Shown piece after piece: positions 1-12,556 of a stretch of 64,000 bases of DNA. The number at the start of each line of letters is the position of its first letter. Positions within the stretch are counted from its first letter, which is position 1. Source of the DNA: Elsinoe ampelina (Eukaryota); assembly GCA_010093995.1 (NCBI GenBank), contig ML992501.1, positions 640,227 through 704,226 of the forward strand, in the 5' to 3' direction. The translations under genes and the position numbers were made by a program. The notes beneath the pieces were generated by a model, which saw only the letters and a list, made by a program, of their open reading frames with translations, did not search any database and was not told where the DNA came from.

Positions 1-3000
1 TAGTTCGTTAAAGTAATAGTAAGTACTAGCTATTATAGCTAAGTCTACACGTCTAACAAAGGCTACTTAGAAGGCTTTATATATCAAAGAACTCCTAAAG
101 CATTTACGCTACTATATGTAAGTAATTAATTAATAAGTACATCTAGCGCGTACTAAATCGCCGTCCTTGCATTAGTACTTTCTTTCCTCTAGTAGCCTAC
201 GTGCCTAATTTAGTAGCTCGCTATTCTCTAGCCCCTTAGCTAGCTATTCGTAGTAGAGCATCTCGCTTACTATTCGTGTAATGTTATTACAACTATAGTA
301 GAGCGCCTCTCGGAGCTATACGTATATTAATAAGTAATTAGCTTTAGCTACGTAACCTACCTTACTAGCTATAACTACAGAAGAGTATTCGCCTATAGTT
401 CTCTATAGATAAAGTACTAGTAGCTAGTTACGGACCGAGCGCTAGTACTATATAATTCGTAGAAGTAGCTATTAATCGTCTAATGTTAGTAATATTGTAT
501 TATAATCTACTCCGATAGCTATACTTACACGTAGATTGTTATATACCGCCTCGAAAATATCGAGATACTAGTTTAGTACGTTCTATTGCCTCTGCTTTAC
601 TATCTTAACTAGTATAGAGGCTAACGTTAGGCTATTCTCGTTAGGTTATAGCTCCCTTAAACTCGGATCGAGAGTAGTAATGTCTAATTTATACCTTCTC
701 CTTTGTCTTTAATATTATATTTATAGCCTACGTAGTTAGCTTAGTCTCCCTTAATGCTAAAGCCTTACTCTACTTTATTCTAGTTAAAATGACCTAAATT
801 GTTATCTTCGGAATACTTATTAGTCTTATAGTCTAAGCTATATAGGCGCTAACGTGCCTAAGACATCTTAGTTCGTAATAGTTCTAATAAAGAGGTATAT
901 AGGTATAAGAGAGTTAGTAAGGTAGGCCGGAATAATGTATACTATAAGAGGGATAGATAGTTATCTTATATACGTTATAGTGATTTAGCGTTAGTTTAAG
1001 TTAGATAATAGCTTAGTTAGGTATTTAAAGTACGTAACTTTCTTTTAATTAGAATTAGTTATATCTACCTATACTCTAAGGTGATCTTAACTAGTAAGGG
1101 TATTAAATTAGACTTGTAGCTAGGTCTAACTCGTAGAGTGCTAATTACTAGAAGCTAAACTAAAAAAGAAAGCTACTCGAACTTACTTAAACTAAATACT
1201 TAAACTAAATATAGCATTTGTTATTAGGTTAAGCAACAATTAGAGTAGAAATATGTAGAGAAAAATCATAGATTAAACTTAGACTAAGTAATTATATACT
1301 AATTCGAAAGACTATAGAAACTAGCTATTATATATATAGATAGGTAGCATAATTTATATAGTAGCTCCCTTATTAATTATGTTAGTAGTCTCCCCTTTGC
1401 TAAGTAGTATATCTTCTAAGTGCTAAAAGCATTAATCGCTTACTATCTCGCTGTCTAGGGTGTCCGAATAAGACACGCTAGATAGAGTAGCTTATCTTCT
1501 ACTAATTATGTCGCAATAGAGGGCAGGCGTCGATTAGCTATTAGTAACTATATATAGTAATAGTAGAGTAGCACTATTAGTATAGCGTCGTGTACTCTTA
1601 TTTAATTCGAATAAGCCCCTTAACACCCTACTAGTAAGGTCCGTAGAGGCGATACTAAACGCGTAAAAAGCTTTACTAATATACTTCCTAAGTATATTAT
1701 TCTCTCGCTAGAGTTGTCCGATTAAGCTTATAATCTTCTCCGCTATTAATCGTAATTAGCCTACTTTCTACTAAACAAGTGTAATGTCTTTCTCTAGAAG
1801 TTACTATCTATTAAGCTATTTAGGCTACTAGGTCCTATATCGCTTTTACTAGCTACCGACGTAATTATACTCTTCTTCGTATATATATAGTAGAGAGCTT
1901 CTAATTTAAGCCTCTAGCTAGTTAGGGAGACTATTAGAAGACTATACTTTAATACCTAAACAGATAAGAGAAGCCTATATACTTAATCCTATAGTCTAGA
2001 TATTAGCTACTAGAGAAACAAGGTTAGTATAATCGATATCTATGCTTAGGAGCCTAGCCGAAAGATACTAATAGACTTAATAGATTAATAGTAGAAGGAT
2101 AGATAAGTAATTCTAAAGGGCGATTTAGTTAAAAGGCAAGGAAGAATAAAGCGTAGTAAACAAACTAAAACTCTAGGGTTTAGTAGTAGGTATAGCTTAG
2201 CATAGATTACTCTACTACTTTTTAGTTCGACTTAGTCTACTACTAGACTATTCTCCTTTATACTTGCTTCGGCTAGATACTTTCCTTAATCTTGTTACCT
2301 TATTAGGATATAAAGAGGTAAACTATATAATATCTTAGATAAGATAATAGCCTTAAACTAGATAGTATTCTCTATTATAGCGAAATACGGCGTTCTATTA
2401 TCCTTCTAACCTATGACATTACTTTACTTATTATATATATAGTGGTCCGTTATAATCGATATTACTCTTAGCTAATCGAACTTAATATCTATATCCTCCT
2501 TAGACATAGTAGTTATAGCTTTATAACGTGTAAGTAGAAGATCTCTAATCGAGTAGATAGAACGTATCTCTCTATCCTTACAAACTACTAATAGCATATC
2601 GTCTAGTTAATTAGAGAGTAAAGGCACTTATAATTATAATTAGCAATCCGAGGATTTGTTTAAGGTAAGCGTATTAGCACTGTTCTACGCTCCTTTAGGC
2701 TTATATAATCTTAAGTGTAACTATACCCGCTAACGTCTAAAATTGGTACTTATCTTATAGACGAGAGCATAGAAGGCAGCTTAACTGTCGCTATTCTCTA
2801 AGAGCTCTATCGTACGCCGAAACGTGTACCGAATATTATTACTGTCTAGTACTACTAGAAGTACCTTCTTCTCTAACCTTCTCCTATTAGAAATCGACCT
2901 AAATGTTCTTCTAACTATGCTTTTGCCTATTATAATATCCTCTAAGAGACTATATAAGTCTCTATAGCCTTTATTGTCGAGAGCGAGGGCTTACTTAATA

Positions 3001-3284
3001 GCTTCGATTAAGTATATTACTAGTTAATAAGAAGTAGATATAGGTGTAGCTATAGAGGGGAAGAGAGAGGTAGAGGTAGAAGAGTAGCGATATAGGTAGC
3101 AATTTAGTGCAAGTGTTACTTACGATAGATAAGCCTTAGATCTTAGTTTACTTACGAGAGAGGCATACTAGAATTGTACTTAGTTATAATTAGTTAGCCT
3201 AAACTAACACTTATAGAACTATAAAGTTTAACGTGCTAAACTTTATCTCCTCTTAGTTTTGTCGTATACTTATTACGTAGCGAC

Positions 3285-4075
3285 ATAACTATATTATAAA
3301 TACGATTTGTAATAACGCCTTAGTTCGCGCTCTTCGCTTATACCGACCTAAACGTAGGCGTTAGCGTCCCTAGTGTAACCTTTTCTCTCCTCTCTATCCG
3401 ACCTTAATAATAGCTAGCTATCTATTATAGCGGATTTCTGCGCCTAGTATACTATAATTATTAATTGTTATATATACTATAGCGACTCTAATATTTACTC
3501 TCGCCTCGTCGTTGCTACTACTTCTAATAGTATCCTCTATACTAGCTACGTCGTGTTTGTAGAATTAACTACTACTAGTACCTAGTAGTTACGCCGGAGT
3601 AAATCTATTATAGTATACCTCTCTATCTTGCCTACTACGCCGCTGTAGGCTTAAGAGTGCATAAGGAGACTCCGACACCTCTTTCCCTCTCTCTACTACT
3701 ACTACCCTCTATAGCTTCCTTTATACTAGCTACGTATTATTAGTAGAATTAGCTACCGTCTCTACCTAGTAGCTACGACTAAGCGAATCTATCGCGGAGT
3801 ATCTCCTAATCTTATAGATAGCGCTACTAAGGGTTCTAGTATATGCAAAGAGAGTAGAGAAGCTAGTATTTACTAGAGATTACCTACCTTATAGTATAAG
3901 AATATTAAGGGGAGAATTATAGAGAAATAACTAGTATAACAAAGAGGAAGAGATAGAGGCATATTGTAGGCAAAGATACGTCTACTACCTCCTACTAGAT
4001 AGTAGCTTACTATAGAGAGTATTATAGGCAAAGCTATATTAGTAGTATTCTCTTTTATAATTGCTTTTATAGTAG
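3285..4075 (-). repeat. Repeat R1 copy A (~790 bp; probable RIP-inactivated minus-strand ORF with an internal ~185-bp duplication)
   Basis: Colinear with 10866-11655 at a near-constant offset of ~7,580 (atacgattt at 3300/10881; ttgc at 4061/11641); differences are mostly transitions. Coding strand is inferred. Confidence 0.9.
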
Positions 4076-4887
4076 GGTTTTATTATTAGTAGCGCTTTGT
4101 TATAACTTTCTCGCGTTAGTAATGTACTTCTTTCTATATAGATTATATACCTATTACTTTAATCCTTCTCCTCTAACTAGTAAATAAAATCTCCTTGTCT
4201 AATACGTATAAGTATACTATATATCTTTCTTTATTCCTTATTATTTATCTTGTCTCTTATCTACTATAAAGACATTAAGGTTGTTACTTTACACAATAAT
4301 ACTCTTTATTAAATAGTCCGCTAGCTGTTTAGAGCATATATAACTTCGTATATAGTACTAATATATAAGTGTTTAGCATAGTTAATTACTTCGATACTAA
4401 TTTTCTACAATAATTAGTACTTATAACATTCTCTAATAGCTGCGTTTTGTTTGCTTACTTAATTTACGCCCTATAATATTTGTTAGTAGTAAACTAACTT
4501 ATTCACTTTTAGTTCTAGCATCGACCTAATATTAGTAATTGTTACGTGTTACTATTAGCACGTATAAAACATAGACTTAGTTAACCTAGTTCACTTTTAG
4601 GTTAAGGCCCGAACTAGATCTTAGTTATAAGTATACTACTTACTTCGGTATACTATCTTAAATACAAATTTTATTATATTTAAGAAGTTACTACTTACTT
4701 TCCGCGTAGCATTTTAATATTATACTAAGTAGTAGGTATTTATAATTGCTACTATTTACTCTATAGCGCTTAACTTACTACGCTTAGTTCTTAGCTATAT
4801 AATCTTAACTCCTCTAACCTTACCTACCTTATACGACGCCTTTACTAGTAGATATTCTTATACTTATTAAATATATATAATAGTACT

Positions 4888-7800
4888 ATACTACCGAAGA
4901 TAAAGAAGCTAAAGGTCGCTACTAAACCTATAGAAAAGATTCTACTTAACAACCTTATGCTAGCTCTTGTTAAGAATATACTTTATAATAATAATGTTAG
5001 TAAGAAATCTATCTAATTCTTCTTTAATTAGAACAACTAGTAATACTCTACTACGTTCGTAAGGATAAAGGAAACAATCTTAAAAGTCTTTATAGAATCT
5101 AATATCAAAATTGAGAAATAAGATAGAAGCGAGTTATATAATTCTAAGGTGCTTAAAGCACACCTTAAAATTAAAACTAGGCTACTAAATAGCATACCTA
5201 ACGATTTCTAGCTCTTCGTCGACTAACTAGATTAGAAAGATCTAGACTAGTTCAAGGAGAACTTATAGACTATAGTTAATATCGATAAGATAAAAGCTAT
5301 ATAGCGATTATTCCGAAATACTATACAATTAATAAGAGTAAATCTCCCGTCGGTTAAAAGGGAAAGGACAACGTCGCTAGGCGAAGAAGGTACCTAGAGT
5401 CTATATCCTTTAGCTACCTTGTCTATATAGACACTAACGCTCTCCTAAGTAAGAACACTATCCTCGGAGAGACGTATAACTCGTGTAAAGACAGGCAATA
5501 AGAGATTAGATTTGTATATATAGCCTTATTATAGAATGTTTAGCTTTAACTAGGGGCTAGCGTCTAATCGTGTCTAGATCGATATCAAATTTGCTACGAT
5601 CTAGATTATAGAGGTTATTAAAGTAGATACTATCTCGTATCTAATATTAAGAAAAAACATCTACGTCTATAACTTAAGAAAGCCTAGTGCCGGCAAGGAC
5701 AAGAATTGTTACGTTAATTACTACATTAGTAAGCTTAGGTAGATCCTTAACATTAGAGATAATTACCTCTAACTCTACTAGCTTGACATATATAACTCTA
5801 TATAAGTCTTCGCTATTAAAGACTCTTTCGATCTAGACGCCGCTATTACTAAGCATATTACAACTCTTATCTCTAGTACCTACGAGATCTTTCTCTATCT
5901 TACTTCTTCTATAGCATCTATTAAAGATCTTCTCGACTTTATACGAAGTAAGTTTACCTCTTTCCTATTTATCTATATATACTAATACTTATAGATAACT
6001 CTTATTAATATTGTAGTAGCTAGTAACTACTTTCTATAGCTAAGGCTACTATAGAAGAGAACTTAGAAGTGTTTCTTACTCCTAAGAAGCTTCGCTTTAT
6101 AGACATTAACACTAATAAGAAGCGTAAAGGAGATTAGTAGAAAGAGAATATTATAATATAGAACGTTTAATACCCGTAATAGCGACTAAACTACTAAAGG
6201 CAAGAGCGGCGATACTACTATATTTTATTTGCTATTACATTATTTATAAAACTATTTAGTTCTTAACTAATAAAGTTTTATTTAGCTTATTCTGCCTCTA
6301 AGAGGCTATAGCCCCTATAAATCCTGCGATTTCCGTTATTGTTATTAGAAGCAAACTTACTCGATAGTCCTACGACTATAGCTAGACAGATTCTAACTGA
6401 CTTAGCAACTTAGTTCGGGGTGTAGTTTTACTTTATACAGTTTTAGAAGAATATAGCTCCTTCTCCCCTACTAGAAGAACATAGCCTATTTAGACTATAG
6501 TATATGCTACTAAGGCACTATCTATGTTCCTACTACTTTAATAGCTTAAAGAATATTATATAAGCTACTATATACCTAAGGCTAGCTATCTATCTAAATA
6601 AACGTAATCTCTCGGAGCTCTCTAATACCTCTCCTAAGTTCTACTTTGTTACTAGTGACTTTCTATAGCTCGCCTAGCACGCTATAACGTATTAGAGCGA
6701 AAAGAGCAAGTCTAAGAAGATAACGACTTACTTCTACTAACACGAGATTAATATTAGCATTAAAAAAGTAATATGTTCTTAATATTATTAATAATAGAAA
6801 CGAAGCGATGCTACTATAGATACAATAGACTAGGGCGTTTAATAATAAGCGAAACAAGTTAGTAGAATAAAATCTTGTCCCTTATTATAGTAGAAGTAAT
6901 AGTACAAGTTTTAGTTCTATACTAAACTTAGAGTTAACTAAATTAAATAAGAATAGTATAGTGCTATAAAGGAGCACGTAGGCGTTACTACTAATATAGT
7001 TATTAGGCTTTACTCTTGTATACTAGCGAGGTTTACACGTAGTATACTTAGAAGTTAATAAAGAATTCTTGCCGACTATTATTAGTTCTAGCTGCCACCT
7101 CCTAACAAATAGCAGAGACACTTTAGGTTAGGTTACACCTCCTAACTAAGTATAAACTTAAGTTAGTTTAGTTAGCCTAAAACTAGAAACAAACTTATTT
7201 TATATTAGAGTAGATAAGTCCTTTAAGGGAACACTATAACGCCTAGCTATCTTATGCCCCTTCTCGTTAGGCAATTACTACTTAGTATTAGTATAGCTCT
7301 ACCGACTATATACGTAGGTTTAGTATTAAGCTTAACATTTAATATAAGGTTAATTATACCGAGAGAAAGGAATTAGATACCTACTACTTAACGAAGGTAG
7401 CTTCGATATAGTAGAGCTAGTCTCTATCTATAGGCAGTAAAGACGTACCTATTACAAAGAATAAGAGAGAATAAACTAGACACGATTTAACTTAATATTA
7501 CTATGTAATATAATAAGAAGTAGCTCTCTACCTATACGAAGGTAACGTAAGAATAGTTAAAGCCTATTACGGCCCCCTTTTCGTAAATATAATAGTCACT
7601 TCTTATTTCTAGTTTAAAATCTTCGTATTAGTCCCTATATAGATAGCTAGACTTCTATTTATTCCTCTCGACATGTATCTTGACCTAATTATAAAATATC
7701 TAGTAGCTACGCCTACTTTTATATCTTATTAGGTTCGAGATATTCCTAACTAGGACTTTAAAGTTTTAATTAAGGATAGATATCTTATTTCTTTAGTAGC

Positions 7801-9300
7801 ACTATATATATAAATCGCTTCGTATATAGGGGAGTATACCTTAACTACAATTATAGAGACGCTATATAGGAGAGAGTAGCACGGGATAATATCTATATTT
7901 AACAAGTAAAAGGAATCTAGAGGTAATTATACTAGATGTTGTTACGAGCTTACTTTATTTACTCTACTACCCCGCTAGTATAGAAAGAGTAATAACATTA
8001 ACTAACATTATAGTAGGGGCTATAGACACTTCTTAGACTTTATACCCCGAGCCGAAGCGGTAGATAAGCATATAGCTAGCACTATACTAGATTAGGAATA
8101 TAAGGCCTTTATATTATTATCCTCGAGATTATAGAATAGAAAGCCCGTAGTTAGAAGACTAAGAGGTAGTAAGAGATTATTCGTACGTATAACTCTATAG
8201 CACTAGTAGTAGCTATAGTAGTTAGTTTAACTTAGTTAGTCTAGTTCGGTCGTTACTAATAAGAGAGCTATATCTATAATAACTTAAGAGAATTCCGAAT
8301 AGCTAAGCTATTAGGATTAGTAAGGGCACTAAAGTCGTTATTATTAATTATAGAGAGAAGTCTATAGTAAGCTACGTAGGCATTATTAAGGTAGCTATAT
8401 CGAAGTAAACTTACTTCGAGAAGGCTACGCTAGTTAGTTTATAACTAGGAATAGCATATAGTTCTATAACAAGTAAAGTACTAGTGCTTTCGCCTTAATA
8501 GTGTAACTTTGCTTAATACGAAGTTAGTATATAGATCTAATTATTATAGTAGGCTTCCGACAGTGCCTTAGAGAATATAACATTCGCTAGCGTAGATATA
8601 ATAATAGCGTTTATACTTAAGCTAACTATACTATCCTATCGGCCGAAGAAGTAGGTTAACTATAGCTACGATATACTAACAATAATATAGAAGGTTATAT
8701 AAGATAATATAGCGAAGTAAACGAACTAAAAGCGTACGTCACAAAAACACTTTTCGTAGGGAGTTAGGGAATTAGGTTTATTGCTTAGGATTGCGTTGGA
8801 AAATCCTAAAAGAGTTATATTACCTTACTATTTTTCGTACTATTTTCGCGTTTTTCGCGATTTTACGTGTCTATTTAGAGTAAATTTACTTTCCCTATAT
8901 ATTACCATAAACTAGAAAAAATTCTGCATTTTTTAATATATAGCTTGCTTACATAATACTACTCTAAATACTAGTAAATAAGGTTTTAAACTTTAAGTCT
9001 AATTCTAAAAATAATCTAGTTATATTACATAAGCAAATTATATATCAAAAAACGTAGAATTTTTTCTAGTTTATTATAATATATAATATATGCCAAGAAA
9101 CTCTAAATTGAAAGCAGGAAAGTAGAAAAACGTAGTTCTGATTCACTTCTAAGCACTTCTAAGCAAAAAAACCCCTAGGTCCATTTCCAACGCAATCTAA
9201 TGCAATCTAATGCAATTCCCCACGAAAAGTGTTTTCGTGACGTAGTTGTTTAAACTAATAGAGGAGTAATAGCAAATTATTAGTTTATCCTTGTTAAGAT
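4888..9300 (+). pseudogene. RIP-inactivated, diverged SNF2-like gene, module A (interrupted near its 3' end by a MITE)
   Basis: Patchy similarity to 12557-16550 throughout (5006~12668, 7767~15502, 8205-8260~15955-16015 including a shared GT..CTAAT..AG intron-like segment, 8682~16431). Catalytic motifs are not clearly recognisable in this copy. Confidence 0.6.
8737..9242. mobile_element. 506-bp non-autonomous TIR element (MITE / fold-back), TA target-site duplication
   Basis: TA|CGTCACAAAAACACTTTTCGTAGGGA ... TCCCCACGAAAAGTGTTTTCGTGACG|TA; extra inverted arms at ~8789-8802/9184-9197 and 8897-8958/9023-9084; absent at the homologous position of module B (~16,470). Confidence 0.88.
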
Positions 9301-9744
9301 TAGTTAAGGGAACACTTGTAATTTTCACCTAAAAAGTACTAGTTTTAGTTTAGCGAACTAATCGACTACCTCTAATAAATTAACTATAGGTATAAACGAC
9401 CTAACGTTATATAGCTAAGGTATCTTTGTATATTACTATTACTATTTTTTCGTAGAGGCTATTTATAACTAACTTATTATAATACTAGTAACAAGTTAAG
9501 ACACGAGATAGCAAGAGCTATAAATCGTTTACTAGCTAAAATTATTATACCTACGCGGCACTTCCTGTTTTACAATTGCTATAAAAGCCTCTACTAAGAA
9601 TAATAGCGCGACAATAGCTAATTAAGTATAGTATTTAATATTGTTCTTAAGTAAGAGACAGCCGACAAACTCTATTACCTAGATATATTAGAGTAAACTC
9701 TGTCTCGATATGTCTAGTACTATAGCGTAGATACAATTTTAGCT

Positions 9745-10252
9745 TTAGTCCGCTAATGCTATACGATAGCTTAGTCCTATTAGCTCTACTACGAATTACA
9801 GTAAATAAGAACTAAACTAAGCAACGAGGTAGAAACGATAGCCTATAGCTAGCGTAGAGTGTCCTTCTCCCTTTGCCTACTATATAGTATAGCATAGCGG
9901 ATAATCCTCTTAGTCTCTTTACTAACCTCGACCCTCGACCTCTAGTACGTAGAACGGATAGTAATAGTGACAATAGGCTTGATAGTAACGTGTACAAGAA
10001 AGAGAAAAGCATAGATAAGGTTATAATAGAAGGTACACACGAGGAAGAGTAAGTAATTATAGCAAGTATAACTAGTAGCACGTCTATAGAGCGGAGTGCT
10101 AGGAGGTTATCCTTATCTAGTAGAGCTATATCCGATTATACTACGTTCGAGATAGTAACTAGTATACTAGCTAGTAGCGAGGAGTTAGTAATAGATATAG
10201 TTTATTCTTAGTTTATATTAACTAATCTTATTTAGATCTCTCTAAGTCTATA
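9745..10252 (+). pseudogene. Repeat R2 copy A: truncated 5' exon of Plavaka transposase
   Basis: Closely similar (mostly transitions) to ~16998-17503; similarity stops just after the intron acceptor, whereas copy B continues into the transposase core. Confidence 0.8.
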
Positions 10253-10865
10253 ACACATTCTTCGCCCCGAGCGATTAATAAGATATAGCTTAGCTAGGGA
10301 CCCTTAGCTTAGCGCTCTAACGTTTAATAAAAGGCAAGCTACTAACTTAGATAGATAATTTTAATTCGAGTTAGGTCGTTATAGTAGAAGTGTCTTCTAG
10401 TAGAATATACTTACTACAGACTACTAGCCCCTATATAATGTTCTAATAAATCTACTTCTACCTACGTAAGGGTACTAAAGATACATCTAAGTTATATATA
10501 TAAAGGCTATAGTAGTCTAACTAATAGTAAAATAGTGTTTACTAGTAGAAAGCTTACTTAGCTTAAATTTAGTAGTGCAAATTGTTGCTTTACTCTATCT
10601 CTAGCATGTTATATATAGTAGTAGTAGAGGGCGGCTAGTAGGGGACGGCTAGTAGTTTATTATGTTAAACTAACAATTTCTTAGTCCTCTCTCTCGAAGT
10701 TTAAGAATAATCTAAAATTTCGACCTAACTAGATTAAGCACTCCTCAGAACTTAATTATATAATACTATCTAATTATGTTCTTCTCTAAAGTTAGGTATT
10801 ATATGTTTAGAGACTTATAATCTTTATAGTATTATAAACGCGTCGTAAACTCTGTTTATAGTAAT

Positions 10866-11655
10866 ATAACTACATCGTAGATACGATTTACTATAACGCC
10901 TTAGTTTACGCCCTCTACTTATACTAACCTAAACGTAGGTATTAGCGTCCCCGGTATAATCTTTTCTCTCCTCTCTATTTAACCTCGACAATAGCTAGCT
11001 ATCTATTATAGCGGATCCCTCGCCTAGTACACTATAATTATCTATTACTATATATACAATAGCGACTTTAATATTTACTCTTATATTACTATCGCTACTA
11101 CTTCTAATAGTATCCTCTATACCGGCTATGTCGTGTTTATAGAATTAACTACCGCTAGTACCTAGTAGTTACGCCGGAGTAAATCTATTATAGTATACCT
11201 CTCTATCTTGTCTACTACGCCGCTATAGGCTTAAGGGTGTATAAGGAGACTCTAATACCTCTTTCTCTCTCTCTACTACTACTGCCCTCTATAGCTTCCT
11301 TTACACTAGCTATGTATTATTAGTAGGACTAGCTACTGTCTCTACCTAGTAGCTACGACTAAGTAAATCTATCGCGGAGCATCTCCCGATCTTACGGACA
11401 GCGCTACTAGAGGTTCTAGCGTATATAAAGAGAGTAGAGAAGCTAGCGTCTACTAGAGATTACCTCCCTTATAGTATAAGGATGTTAAGGGGAGAATTAC
11501 GGAGGAATAACTAGTATAATAAAGAGAAAGAGACAGAGGAATATTATAGGCAAAGATACATCTACTATCTCCTACTAGATAGTAGCTTACTATAGAGAGC
11601 GTCGTAGGTGAAGCTATACTAGTAGCGTTCTCTCTTGCTATTGCCTTCCTAGTAG
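10866..11655 (-). repeat. Repeat R1 copy B
   Basis: Direct repeat of 3285-4075. Confidence 0.9.
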
Positions 11656-12556
11656 AGCTAGGCGAGGAATAAAGCGCATTTGTAATTATGTAGAATATAC
11701 TATTAACTGCCTATTCCGCGGAATATATAGCCTTTACTCTACCCTACTACTCGATTCTATATATAGCAATTATAAAGTCTAGATAATTAGATAGTAGTAT
11801 ATTACTTTCTTTATTCCTTTACTAGCATCTATAAGCTATACTATATGCTATATATACTATGCTCTTTATTCCGCTATAGACTACTAACTACCTTCTATTT
11901 GTGTTCTATTACTATTGTCCTTCGTATATAAATACTAGTTTCGCTATCAAAATATTGTTTAATTATTTTATATTAACTACTACTATATTCCCTCTATTTA
12001 TTAGACTATTATTCCTTAAGATCTACCCTAAATACGATAATAGTATCCTTAGTGCGTACGACATGTAAAATAAAAGGTAACTAAGTACACGGACTATAGT
12101 TACTCTTAGTTTAGTGTCTAAACTAAGTAATCTACTATTATATATACGCTATATCTAGTATACTACTACGTGCTTAGTTTAGGGCCTGACCTAAGTCGAC
12201 TAAATTTAAGTTACTTCTCTCCTTAATTACTTTAGTTTACCTTTATTTATACTCTCTTATATATAAATAAATAACTTATATAGCTCTCTAGTATTTCTTT
12301 AACCTCTTTAATCTCTCTTTTAAGCGCTTTTTACTTAAATATCTCCTCTTTAGTTAAGTCTTAGTTAGGTATATATTACGAAGTATATAGACCTACTACG
12401 TTAATAAATTCTCTCCTTAATTCTTCTAAACTTATAAATATATAATACCTTTATAGAATCTCTTCTTTAACATCTATTATACCTACTTAACCTATTTACT
12501 AGATATTATTCTAAGCTTTATTTATAGTATATACTAAGCTTATAGACGTATATAAT

